In this document: piece after piece, positions 1-12,200 of the stretch | How positions within the stretch are numbered: the first letter of the stretch is position 1 | Layout of the letters: the number at the start of each line of letters is the position of its first letter | Assembly: GCF_964355755.1 (NCBI RefSeq) | Contig: NC_092677.1 | Coordinates: forward strand, 13,910,101 to 13,974,100 | Length of the DNA: 64,000 bases | Direction: 5' to 3' | DNA from: Antedon mediterranea | Lineage: Eukaryota > Animalia > Echinodermata | Notes under the pieces: model-generated | What the model saw: only the letters and a program-made list of their open reading frames with translations | What the model was told of the DNA's origin: nothing | Database searches by the model: none | Program-made: the position numbers and the translations under genes

Positions 1-167
1 GTGGCTTGGTGGTTATGATGCTTGGCTACCAATCTAAGGGTCCTGGGTTCAAGTCCTGTCATATGTCAGGGTTTTTTTCTCATGACAATTTACAACTCCA
101 CTCCCAAAGACTTAATAATAAGTCTTTGTTTATGTAGAGCATCTTGTGTATATGTTTGTCTTGTGAA
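1..167 (+). mobile_element. tRNA-derived SINE, 5' end cut by the window edge; same family as 39362-39638
   Basis: A-box-like TGGCTTGGTGG and B-box GGTTCAAGTCC. Nearly identical to the reverse complement of 39460-39625. Confidence 0.8.
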
Positions 168-823
168 GTTATTAAATAGTTTATCCATCCTGTAATTGGC
201 GGGTTACTCGCTGTTGGATGAGTATGAAATAAAATAAAAATAAAAAACTTGAGCAAAATCATTGTCTTACAATTGCTAAGAAATTGTATTGACATTTTCA
301 TATTAAAATCATAGATTACATTTACATTTACATTTGTCCGTTTGTTCTACACTTTTTTTTCAAATAATTCAAAGAATAGAAGTTGTTTACTTTGTACACA
401 TTTATTCACAATATCACACCGACTTGTTAAACACAATTAAAACTAGCCGCCATTTGCTTTTGTGATTATTTTAAATATTTTAAAATTGTGAACATTGTTT
501 GCTGCCATCATACTATTGACGTTTGGTTAATTTGTATTCGTCTATTTTATTTGCCTCATGTATTATTCATGAATTAAGAGATCGCTCATATGCACAAATA
601 GTGTATACACTATTTAAAAAAAAAATTCGGATAGTTATTATAATCTAGTCATTTTCTGACTTTCATGATTGAATTATTGATCGATCAATCGAGGAAACTC
701 GTATATTTGCTCTTCTCTTCTACAGCTAGTTTCAATCCCTCCCACGTGTGAATTTACTATTGTTTCACACCAGTCCCACCCTTTCCACTTATATTCGAAG
801 TTTCTGGACTTTCTGCATTCTCA

Positions 824-863
824 CTCCTGAGGATGATCAAAGCATATTGATCGAAACGTCGAG
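824..863 (+). ncRNA. Minimal type I hammerhead ribozyme in a Penelope-like element terminal fragment (~720-950)
   Basis: CTC-CTGAGGA-T-GATCAA(agcata)TTGATC-GAA-ACGT-C-GAG. This gives the CUGAnGA core, a 6-bp stem II, GAAA, a palindromic ACGT stem III, a UH site and a CTC/GAG stem I, the architecture of Penelope-associated minimal hammerheads. Confidence 0.7.
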
Positions 864-1504
864 AAACTCAACAGTTCTTTTCAGAACTAATATACGTGGT
901 GTACCGCAAACTTTATATCATTTGATTTCGCAAACCTTCAAACTGTATATATAGTTTAATACTTCTACCATGGAGTTATAGTTCAATCAATCATCAATCA
1001 AAGTAACATTTATTTTCTTCAAATTAAAACAGTATACAAAATGGTGTAAAAAAAGGTAATTAAATTGAAGAAGGCATGTTCAAAAAAGCAAAAAGCTTGT
1101 GACAGACATGCCTAAACAAAGATGAAATTTAAACAACACAGAAAAAGAAAGAAATAACAAAATATAAATGTACATAACATGGGTTAAACTAAATAAGAAA
1201 ATAATGTTGGTATAAATTATGAATTGTTCGTTATTATTATCTATTTTATACATCCATGACTTGTACAATGTTGCATATCGGAAGAAGTCGACATAAAATA
1301 CCCGGAGGCACCCGGATTTTTTATTTCAAAAAGTGCGCGATGTTAGAGATATCGGTTTGAACCCCCGCGAAAGTAATTTGTACTGTTTTACTTTATTGTT
1401 GTTTGTTTGCTTGTTTTACATACACCACCAGTAAACAAGATTTTCATTGGCGAGACATTTTGAATTTTTTCGATTCATATTCAATGATGAATACAGGTAA
1501 TAAC

Positions 1505-1674
1505 CAGTGGCTATGCGCTCACTGGCTAAACCCAGAAGCCCCGGTGCTTACGTGGCCCCTTAGTAGTTCTGTGCCCAGCATTAAAATAAGTCGAAAAAGG
1601 CTAAAAACTCCCAAGGCCTCCAGCGTCGGAGGGCCACTTAAGGTTTCTAAACCAGGGGCCAGGTCTCGCCACTG
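1505..1674. mobile_element. Degenerate hAT-like MITE
   Basis: Termini CAGTGGC...GCCACTG around a GC-rich interior with GGCCC motifs; the target-site duplication is not clean. Confidence 0.4.
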
Positions 1675-4600
1675 ATGATAATGTCGAGCTTAGATGAAGT
1701 TAGATGATAGTGAAGAGAGGCACAGGCCGATCCGTATGACTTCATTTACCATTTGTGAGCCCCTCCCCAACCCCTCAAACATCGTGGTCTTGTAAACTCG
1801 CTGTTCTCGCTTATATCATGTGTCCTGAAGACGAATAATAGTAATGAATTATCGTGCGGTTATTTGTATCCATCTATCTATAGTATCGATCTATAGTAAT
1901 CGGCTAGGTAATCGGTCGTTCGCCCCATTCACACTAAAGACATGATGATGTATAATAATTATAAATTGTAATCATTCATAAATCAGCTTTGTATTTCCTC
2001 GTGGGTTATGAAACTCAGATAATACCATTACGTAAAATACCTCTCACAATCATTGACACAGTTCGAAATGTTCCATCGCTACCCATGTTCCAAAAATGTC
2101 GTAAAGCTATTTATTGTCATTTTTATAACACTCAAAGCGTACCTGCACTATTAGTAGGTCTACCTGACCGTGTTTCTTCTCTGTGCGTTATTTTTAATTC
2201 TTATGGCTCGAAGGTGTGACCGAATTCTAGAACAGGCCTGCAGTAGTTTTACCCGGCTTGCTAAGTCAGTTCCCCCTCACTAATCATCAAAACTGTTATT
2301 AATTAGCTTAAAATGTGTCCTCTTTATGGTTTAAAAGAAACTGTGTTTTTATTTCAACTCAACGGATGTAGGTTTCGTGTTAGTAATGCCCTATGACCTA
2401 ATTCAATAGCAGTTTTTGACCGATTTTTCTGAGCGTTTATGATTTTAATGACGCTTTTAGTTGTCTTCAGATTTAAATAACCTGCTTTGTTTTTTGTATT
2501 AAGATAGACTCCTTTTTATTTTTGTCAATGCATTGTGTAGTTCTCTATCTTAATTCTAAGTAACTCTAGAAAAGAAAATAGATTAGAAAGTATAGGACAA
2601 CTTCTTTCGATAAAATAATATGTGCACAAATTAAATAATTAATATATCATCAATAAGAACAATACAACCGTATGTTGTTAATGACCATGACGTCATTTGG
2701 TTAGTGAACATATTCTCATCGAAGAAAGTGGTCATCCTAATATCTCTTTATTTCTGAGGATGAAAACATTTATTTTGTTCAATTATTTCTCTTTTTGAAG
2801 AACCAGTACATTTCCGTGGTTGTTCTAACAACATATGCTAAACCGCATTTATTACTTTCTGTCATTTTCTGTCGTTTGTATAATGTATCTTTTAATCGGA
2901 TTTGCAGTGACAACCAACATTTCTTTGTTTTTTAGATTTTACGAAGACAAATAAAGTTTTTTGTATCTTGTATCTTGACAAAGAAACAAAACAATATTAA
3001 AAGCTCGTTTTCATTTTTCTTTAATTTTAATTTTTTTTTAAATTGATTTGATTTTAACAGTTACATTTTTGCTTTTAGGCCTATCGATATTCTACTGGTT
3101 TTGCATTTTTTGTAACCTTTATTTTTAAACGTTTTTAGGTTGTTATACATTCTACGATTCAAATTAGGCCTAAAATATTAATGATGATGTCTTTGTTTTT
3201 TCTCCTGATCTTTTGGTAATAACGACATTCTCCTTTGACCTGTCACATCGTTGTATCTGGTTAGCGTCAGTGGCCAGACCCTCTGGACAGCGGCGTGTTA
3301 ACGGCTCAGCACTCGTGTAAATTATGTAGACAAGCCTCGTTTTAATTACTCTGTAGTTTAATGGCTTCTAACAATCACACCCGTATTAAATTATGAAATA
3401 AATGCGAAGAATTCCTCCGTAAGTGATCTTGCGCTGTTTATTTTCTGATGGAAGATAACAATTGGAAATTTATAGAAGTGACATTGACTGTTCATGTAAC
3501 AATTTGTTTTTGCTGAAGTGGTTCACTGGTGAATTATAACAACTCAAGTAGTTACAAGAACAACTTCGTATAAACAAACAGGGAACAACTGTCCAAACTT
3601 ACCAAAATAGAATATTTGTAAAGATCGAAGTAGGCGACAAATTGAGACAAATGTACCTTGCCATCGCAAGGTAATCATTTACCTATAAATTTACAGATCC
3701 TCATTCTCGCCGGTCTAAATGTTTTTGTTTGACTAACCCAAATGTTTAATTTAATAGCCATCTGAATTTTAAAATATTGAATTGGATAGTTCGTCTTATT
3801 GAGAGTAGAAGGTATACAGTTATATTAGGTGCGTCTCGCTTATCCGTTCTCGATCGATTCCTCCCAAATTTCAATCAATGTTATTGCTGGAAAGATTGTT
3901 CCCATACTTTTCAATTTTGATTAAATATGTTAGTACACTCATTAAAAAGTTTTGGTGTGACGACACCTATGGTTGAGATTTCTCATTCTGGTCATAGATA
4001 AATTACACCTACTGTAAATCACACGCACACGTATTTCCACGTGCACGTTATGTTGTCGTAAGAAGTATTGTTTCTGAATAATTATATCTTCACGAGACAT
4101 GTACTGTTATCACTATTTCGATTACCAAGGTCTGTTACTCGTCCATAGGCCTATACTGTTTTCTATTTTCTTTGTTTCCCAATTGTCGAATTTCCATTTC
4201 TTCATTTAGTTTTGGATATGTTTTATTGAATTATATTATTAATTTGATTAGTATTATTTTTATTAGGCCTACTAGGCCTAAATAAACATTGTATTTGGGG
4301 AAAAAAACCAAAAAAAAAAACCAAAACAACAACAAAAAACACTTTTAAAAATCATGGTTCAGAGACAAACACTAAATACATATACATTTTTACTTAATAA
4401 TAATAATTAAATAATAAATTCGGGTATACATGTTTGAGGTCTACTTCATTGAACCTAACATAACTTGTAATGATGTTATGATGTTGACCGCAGTGTTAGT
4501 TTACTTGCAATAACAACTCGGACTATAGAAGGTCGTGTTGAGTCGCGGGCTAATAGACGGCAAATTGACTATTTTAACTGGCCTAAACACACTCCCTGAA

Positions 4601-4959
4601 TGCTAAGGGACGTAATGAGGCCACGTGATCAACACTCTGGTCATTTCTATGGTCATTTGTAATAATAAACTGACGCAAAAGGCTATTTCAACGGCAAACA
4701 GCCTCGGGTACGGAGACTTCTAGCATCGGAAAGATTTTAATATTTTTGTATCGTATACGTATAGAGAATTTATTATAACGAATGAAGTTTAGTTATAATT
4801 ATCTGAAAAAACGCATAAAAACGAGAGAAATAATATAATCAATGGAAACCGATTGATTAATTATTGATGAATATTGTATTAGATTGGAATTTATTATTCT
4901 GCAATCTGAAAATATTAAATTTCCCAGATTGAAGAAGTCAATCCAATTATCGAACTCAA

Positions 4960-5700
4960 ATTGATTTCTCAACTATTCAATAATTGTTTATAGAACAATA
5001 GATAATTTATTAATTTATATACGTTGATTCCTTCATTCGTTCATTCAATTAGTTTAATACGACTTGATTTTTTATCTACTCGCTAACTGATCGATTCAAT
5101 AATTGCTTATTAAACAATCGATAATCGATTGATGTCTTTTGCATTCGTTTATTTACTCAATCGATGTATTGGGTGATTTTCTGGTTAATTGATTTATAGG
5201 TCTCATCGATTATTGATAGATTCATTAATTGCTTATGGAACAATTGATAATCGATTTATTTATACGCTCATTCCTGCCGTAGTTTATTAGGCTTACGACT
5301 AATTTTATTAATGTAGGTCTCCTTGCTGATTAATCGATTCGTTTATTGATTATAGAACAATCGGTAATCGATTGCTGTAATGCATTACATTTCTGCATTC
5401 GTTCATTCAATTAGTTCTTATCGATTATTGTTAATTGTGAACAATCGGTAATCGATTATTGATTGAGGTAATACATTCATCTTGGCATTCGTTCATTCAA
5501 GTAGTTCAATCGATTTGTTTTATTGGTTGATTGGTTTATTGATTATCTAAATGATTGATTGAATTGATTTATTGTGTTGATTTTATCGATTAGTTTATTA
5601 ATTCGATTGATTCATTGTTTATTTTTATTGTCATAATTGATTATTTAATTGATTATTGATTGATTGGAGTGATTGTATTTTATTGATCCTTTCGATTTTG
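4960..5700. repeat. Degenerate ~120-bp tandem repeat grading into ATTG/ATCGAT low-complexity sequence
   Basis: The unit aattg(c/t)ttatagaacaatcgataatcgatt recurs near 4982, 5101, 5227, 5345 and 5433. Confidence 0.65.
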
Positions 5701-7489
5701 GAATCATGGGACACCGATTATTAGTCAATAAAATCAATACATGCATACCTTTGTATAAACGGTCTGTATAAAGGTATTGAATTGTGTTAGTTAATCGCGT
5801 GTAATTTAATGTATTTATTGTTTCTTGTTAATCTTAATAGGTCGCAAAACAAACGCATTAAATAGAAATTGCGTTAATACAGACAAATGATAAGACATGT
5901 AAATTTATATCTGGTATTAATAACCTACCATAAGCTATTAATATAAAATTAATACAGTGTACACACGTCTATCAACAACTATTAGGCCTTGATGGCTTCC
6001 GTTTTTTTGTAACAATACATATCAATTGATAGCGGGTGAAGGCGTTGTATCCGCCCTTATGAGGAAGTACATGGCCTGTAGTCGATAATAGCACGGCCTA
6101 GAGACGCCAATCGTAATCCTAAGGTACCCTTGCACCTAGATATTAATAGGTTGTTAACCTCACGGATTCCCTAACCCATTTTCAATCATTAGGCCTATAT
6201 TAGCCTGTAAAAATGTTTTTAATATTTATTGCTTATGCCTAAACACTCATACCATGTTTTTTTTTTAATTGTTGTGTTCTCCCTGTTTTTATATCCTAAA
6301 GTCTAAAAGATGGAAAAAGGAAAAACAATCTCTGAAAAAGAGAATCCCCTGCACACAATTGTGCATAGGCTATGCTATTGGGAGAATTTATGGGGGACTC
6401 GCTTTTCCGATGCCAAAAACAACGACATTTTTTATACAAAAATTTGTTTTAGTGTGTTCGACATTTCGATATTTTGCTTTTTGGACGTAAGTCTAAAATG
6501 TCAATAGTTTAATTGCGGTAAATGTTCTAAATATAGGAACCTAAACATTCGGTATCTTTAATTACGATAACGAAAATATGAGAATCCCCGCCTCCATCTC
6601 TCAATTCTCCGCCCCCCCCCCCAACAATCCATACATAATAATGTTCAATATAACAATATGTTCCACATTTAAAATTAAATTTTGCAGGGCAGTGGATTGA
6701 TTTTATTAGGCCAGTGGCCTGGTTCCCTGGGCTTGATTTAACGCCTTAGCCCGACATCTTTAAGCTTTACAATAAGCAGAACGGTTGTTAAAATTTAATT
6801 CTCGGTATAATTCGAGCTGATCATCTCCAAATGACCTGCAAGAGTTGAATATCTTTTGTATGATTCACCAGCAGCTTCTATTATTGAATATGATAACTAT
6901 ACAACAAGTAGATTCCGTTTTAGAAGACTATTGTAATTGCCCTTCATTAGCTCCTAATGGACAAAATAAAACTTGTTGAGTGAGAGAATTTTCCTGTAAA
7001 AATTGTAAATTTGTTTTATAACGTCATCAAAATGCAGGAAATTAAGGTCATTGACACCTGCACTGATTTTGATATTTCGAAAAAAACAATTTGACCTACT
7101 TTTGGTCAATACTTTATAAGTACAATGAAATCGACAAAGAAAATAATTTTATTAAAAATAGACCGACTTCGTGTAAGACCAACACTCATTAAAACTTATT
7201 GTTAGCAATGTCCTAGTAGGCCTAGATATCAAGGCAGAATACCCCATTCATGCTGCTCCTATTCCCGAATTATATTTAAAAAAAATTCCAAATGAACTCT
7301 TGCATGTCTGATAAAGGGTATCCCGGATAGTGCAAGTGTACATTGTACGTTGCCATATAGTATTTTTATTTTATCTACAGCTCACTATGTCGGTTGGTCT
7401 GTTGGTCGGTCGGTTGGTCAGTCGGTAAACACTAACTTGAGCACGCGACTGCAGCCATGTACGGCCTTGTTGTTAAGTATTAGAGAACA

Positions 7490-7710
7490 TTGGTGGGACG
7501 GAACCCAGGTGTACAAATGGGTACCTGCATCTCTATGGTACCTGGTATTAAGGTAAAGACAAAACTTTGCGCTGATTACTAGCTGCATGATGGGCGTATG
7601 TTTCCATATTAACATGCCTGGGGTAATAATGTCCGTGCTGCGAGCTTTCACAACATTGGGCGCTTTATAAATCAATAGTACCGTATTACTATCATTACCG
7701 TATTATTAAC
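7490..7710 (+). mobile_element. Degenerate CORE-type SINE, 3' half
   Basis: ACCCAGGTGTACAAATGGGTACC core-like motif, followed by a GCGCTTTATAAAT...(TATTA)n tail resembling L2-partnered SINEs. Confidence 0.4.
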
Positions 7711-8579
7711 ATGTAGCAATTCCGTATCAAATAAAAATAAAAATGTTTATGTAATTTCAATGGTATTGTCAAGCTCATAATATTAATGTATTTAATCGTT
7801 AATTATAATTACCGAAGTTTTTTCCTGATCACCAGGGACAGCAAAATTTAAAAAAGATTAACAGATTAGAGTGTGGATTATCCAATTAAAACATACTAAC
7901 AATAATTGAGATGTCATTGCATTGTCATAGACCTGTCACATGCCTGAAACAACAATGTAAATGTAGGCTATTCACATAAAGCAATGTCTACCGCCCCCCC
8001 CCCCCACCTCATAATACGTCACTGTGTTCCGATTCTAAATTACAGGCCATTATGGTCATATTTACCACTGATAACGAATTGAGAAATCTTAATTTTTTGA
8101 TATTCTAATTTTGGATTTTTGTTCTTCACATTCTGGTATAAATAATTCTTTTTCTGGGTTTTCATTATAATCTGCACTGCATACAATGTGTATACCATAC
8201 GGCATAAAATGGAAATATTTTACTGAAGTGGCTTACTAAGTCTTGTCGATTTAAAATGATAAATCTTTAGGATATTCTTTTGCTTTTGTCTAGGCATAAT
8301 GTGTGAAATTTTCTGGGTGAAAGTTTGCTTTAGGGGTTTTGGATAGCTGTCATAGTAAAATAAGTGTTGAATTGAATATTACTTGACGTATTCATTTATC
8401 TGTTTGTATACCGGCTTATCTTCCCGAAGAATTATTCTGGATGAGTGCTAAATGGGCAGTTATCTTCGTGTCTCCAAAAAGCTTTCCTTGAAAATAATGA
8501 GCTGATGTTAAAAGCCTTTATTACGCCTGTACTATCTCTCATCCAGCTTAGTAAATGTGATGGTTAAAATTGCTTTTTG

Positions 8580-8760
8580 GCTCGTTGGCTCCTGTGCCAT
8601 TTCAGGTCGTCTAGACTTAACAGGCCTAGCGTGGTCATTTGACGGAGACGGCCGCTACACCGGCAAGGTGTTGACGTGGTTCTAGGTGTATATTATAAAT
8701 CACCGACTTAGACCCGCTCTTATTGGTCGCTTGTGAGCATGTGTGGCCCGCGGCTTCAAC
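8580..8760 (+). promoter_or_regulatory. Putative Tbx20 proximal promoter
   Basis: GC-richer island ~450-600 bp upstream of the ATG. Contains a Smad palindrome GTCTAGAC (8609-8616), T-box sites AGGTGTTGA (8666-8674) and AGGTGTA (8684-8690), and TATAAA (8694-8699). Confidence 0.45.
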
Positions 8761-9202
8761 TCTCGTAGAGCAATTAGCTAGTCCACACATCCTCAAATTA
8801 TAGGCTTGTATACTTTACAAGTTGACATGTTATCGCCATTCATCGTTAAGTCCTTCGTGACGACCCATACCACTCGTTAATAGATTTCGTAGCCACGCCT
8901 TCCGTTATCATCCAATATTTGTAATTTTTAATACAACCAGGTTAAATGATACGTTAAAGTTTGAAGATAGGAAAAAATGTTATCGTGCGTAAATGCGTTT
9001 GCTGATCGACTTTGAAACTTGATGGTGTGAATCACGTGTCAGGTATTGATTATAGAACAACTTTAAGAAAGAAGCGACTGTATTTTAATGACATAGGAGC
9101 TTGGTGACAGGGACAGTGCTAGCCAGTGTCTTTTCAACGGATCGATTCATCTCTTCACTTTTTGCAGACTTTTGTTTCATTTATACGGCGCTGGAAGACG
9201 AT

Positions 9203-12200
9203 ATGGAGGAGAACACAAAGGCGAAGCCGCGTTCCTCCTCGTTGAAGTCGAGTAACTTTACAATAGACGCGTTGATGGGAAATGAACAACCTGCAAGCAA
9301 GGTAGACAAAAAAGAAAATCGCAACTTCCTTCTTCAACCGTTAGGTAAGATAATATTTTTTTTGAAATAAATAATTAAATTTTCACACTAAATAAAATTG
9401 CAATTATGTGCCTTATTAACTAAATACAATTTTTAACAATAGGCAATACATCTATTGCGTATCACCTTAATATATTTTAGGCATATAGACGTCCCTAATC
9501 CTATATTACGGTACCGATTGAATGAAATGCTCAATCCTGGCTGGTCGTTAATAAACAAAACATTGAAGCTATATAAGGCAAAATTAGTTACATAATTTAT
9601 ATTTAATATTGCATTAACTATTTTAGTATAAATAGTAGGCATATTTTGCCTTCTACATCCTTCATTGATGTTTTATTTTGTCTAAATTTCAATCAATGTT
9701 TAAAACGTAGATAGCCTGATAGCCATATAATGGTATGTACATTTGCCGTAAAGTAATAGGCCTAAAAGTGGTCCTTTCAAAATAAAAAACATATCGTTAA
9801 ATACATTAAAATTAGGATGTACTATAAATAATAGGTCTAATGTAGACCTATAGCGTATGGTACGTATTGTATTATATTACACAATTAATATCTAATCTCT
9901 CTAGTCTCTAGTTTGAGACAAATTAAAACAAATTGATTGGATTGACAAAGAAACAATACAAAAAAGCGAAAACAGGAAAAAAACTACAACTTACTTTGAC
10001 TTAAAACAAAAAGTGTAATGCCTTATATAGTATTTATTTGGTCTAACCTTTACGTTTATATGTTGATATTGGCATCCCACCTTGCACTGCTCCATGGAAC
10101 TAAAATGAAATAAACTTCCAACAGATTGAATTGAATTATTACATTCAAAATAACAAAGTATACGGTAGTGTAACAAGGTAAAACAAAACATTTGTATTTC
10201 AAATTAAGAATAAATTATGTTTTACCTGCCTGTCCGCTCCATAATAGTATACATGATTTATTGAGTTACATTAATGTTTATATTACATACATACTACGGG
10301 GGAAATTATATAAATAAATACAATGTTAAGAATAACAATACACAAAGTATTGCGTATCACCTAGTCACTGTTTTACCTGTCCGCCGAGTTCAGTATTTGG
10401 TATTTTTCAACTTCGCCAAAACATTAGAGGCAATGTGTTTTGTTCTTTTTAAACATAGACTTTATTATAAAAAATAGAAATCGGATTTCTTCAGCCTTAA
10501 AATCTGCTTCATTTTGTACAGGTATATATTTCAAACAGGAAAAAAGGAACATTAATCATCTTATGTAAATATACATTTGTTTTAACATTGTGTAAAATTA
10601 GAGGAAATATTTAGTTATCACAAATGTACATAACAATGAATTTAAGTAACCACACAAGCCAGGACAAATAAATATAGAATTTTTCATCACGATTTTGATG
10701 ATTTTTTACTGCACACAAATGTTCTTATTTGGTTTTTTATTCTTAAATGTGTCTTATTATAAATTTATGTTTTATTTTTCTGAACTTTAAAATTATTATA
10801 AAGAAGCGACAACCTTATTTTTATTTGAAACTGTTGTTATTAATTTTATAATTCAAAATTTCGTTGTTTTCTGAACAGGCAGTACCAGTTGAAAAATATT
10901 TTAATTTAGTATGTTCGCAAAAACATTTAAGATATCAATCCTCGAATTTAAACAAACATTTTGTTTGTGTTCATCGAGATTTCAGTAGGATAACAAATGT
11001 CCACCGTTGACCGATCACCCAATTTACTTTTTTTTGGTCTCTTATTTACTTTAATTTCTTTATAAACAAATAATAAAAGTAAAACATACCCATAATTACA
11101 TTACAAAATTCAATTTTTTTCCAAGAAAATTTAAAGGACATGCTTATGGCTACCACAAAAAGAAGTGTCTTAAATTATTTTATGTATTTAAATTATAGTT
11201 TCTCATCCCGGCTAGGCATCAGAGCATGTAAAGTACTTTTATGGCTACTTATTATTTTTTACAAATGCAATTTCGCCAATTGTTTTTTTTTCTTAGATAA
11301 ATTCATTATTTTTTTAAATCATAATTTAATAACCCCTTTAAAGCGTCAATTTTTTTTTTGGTTCTAAAAACAATTGCGAGTATTGTAACGTTGACGCTAA
11401 CGAGCCATATACAGATCACATAAAATGTCTATATTGGAATTTGATGTACACATCACCTTTCAAAATGTCTCAATATCCCATCAACGCATATATATTTTCA
11501 CAGGTTTTAAAATGAATGATTATTGCTAGTAAGGTTGTTTGTACCCAGTAGTTTATTTGATAAGTTGACACAATTTAAACTTCTTTTTACCCTTCTATTT
11601 GTTATTAGCTGTCTACGTTTAATAGAATTATGAGCAATCCGTGGCCTACTGTCGGCAAAGTTCTTAATAATAATTTTTTTACTGTGTACAGTATTGTACG
11701 AAGGTGATCGGCGCATTACTTGATCCCCCGCCGAACCGGCAAATAAGTATGTCACACCTGTGCGTTTGCTGGGTACGGTTTCCGTAAAGTTGGATTAGGA
11801 GAAAGGGGTGGGGTGGGGTGGGGCTTGGGGTTGTTTAGCATTATGTGATGTATTGTTACCAATAAAAAAATCTTCCTTCTATTCTACATTAGAACGAGAA
11901 ATGTTACGCACTTGTTTTTGTTTTGGTAAATAATAACTTATTTCAGGAAAAATTTTAAACAAAATGTTTTTTTATGTTGCAGTTTTAGTGATTACAGAAT
12001 AATTTTGTGAAATAAGTTTATTGGTTTTTTTTTTCTAACTACTCAGGCCTGGCCTGCTAAACTCAGTTTAAAAGTTGGCCTAAGCCTTAGCCAGAAAAAA
12101 AAGTGTTAAACCATTAGTCTTCAATTAACACATTATAAGCTGCATTCATTGTCAATTTCCTTTATATTTGTAACAACATGACCATCACTTGTTTGAATAA

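Noticed and set aside
80-7675. Short ORFs upstream of Tbx20
   Set aside because: They are AT-rich chance ORFs or overlap repeats, with no domains or exon structure.
9101-9202. N-terminal extension of Tbx20 from the ORF-track start at 9101
   Set aside because: That start is TTG. ATG 9203 gives ME...FTIDALM, which matches the Tbx20 N-terminus.
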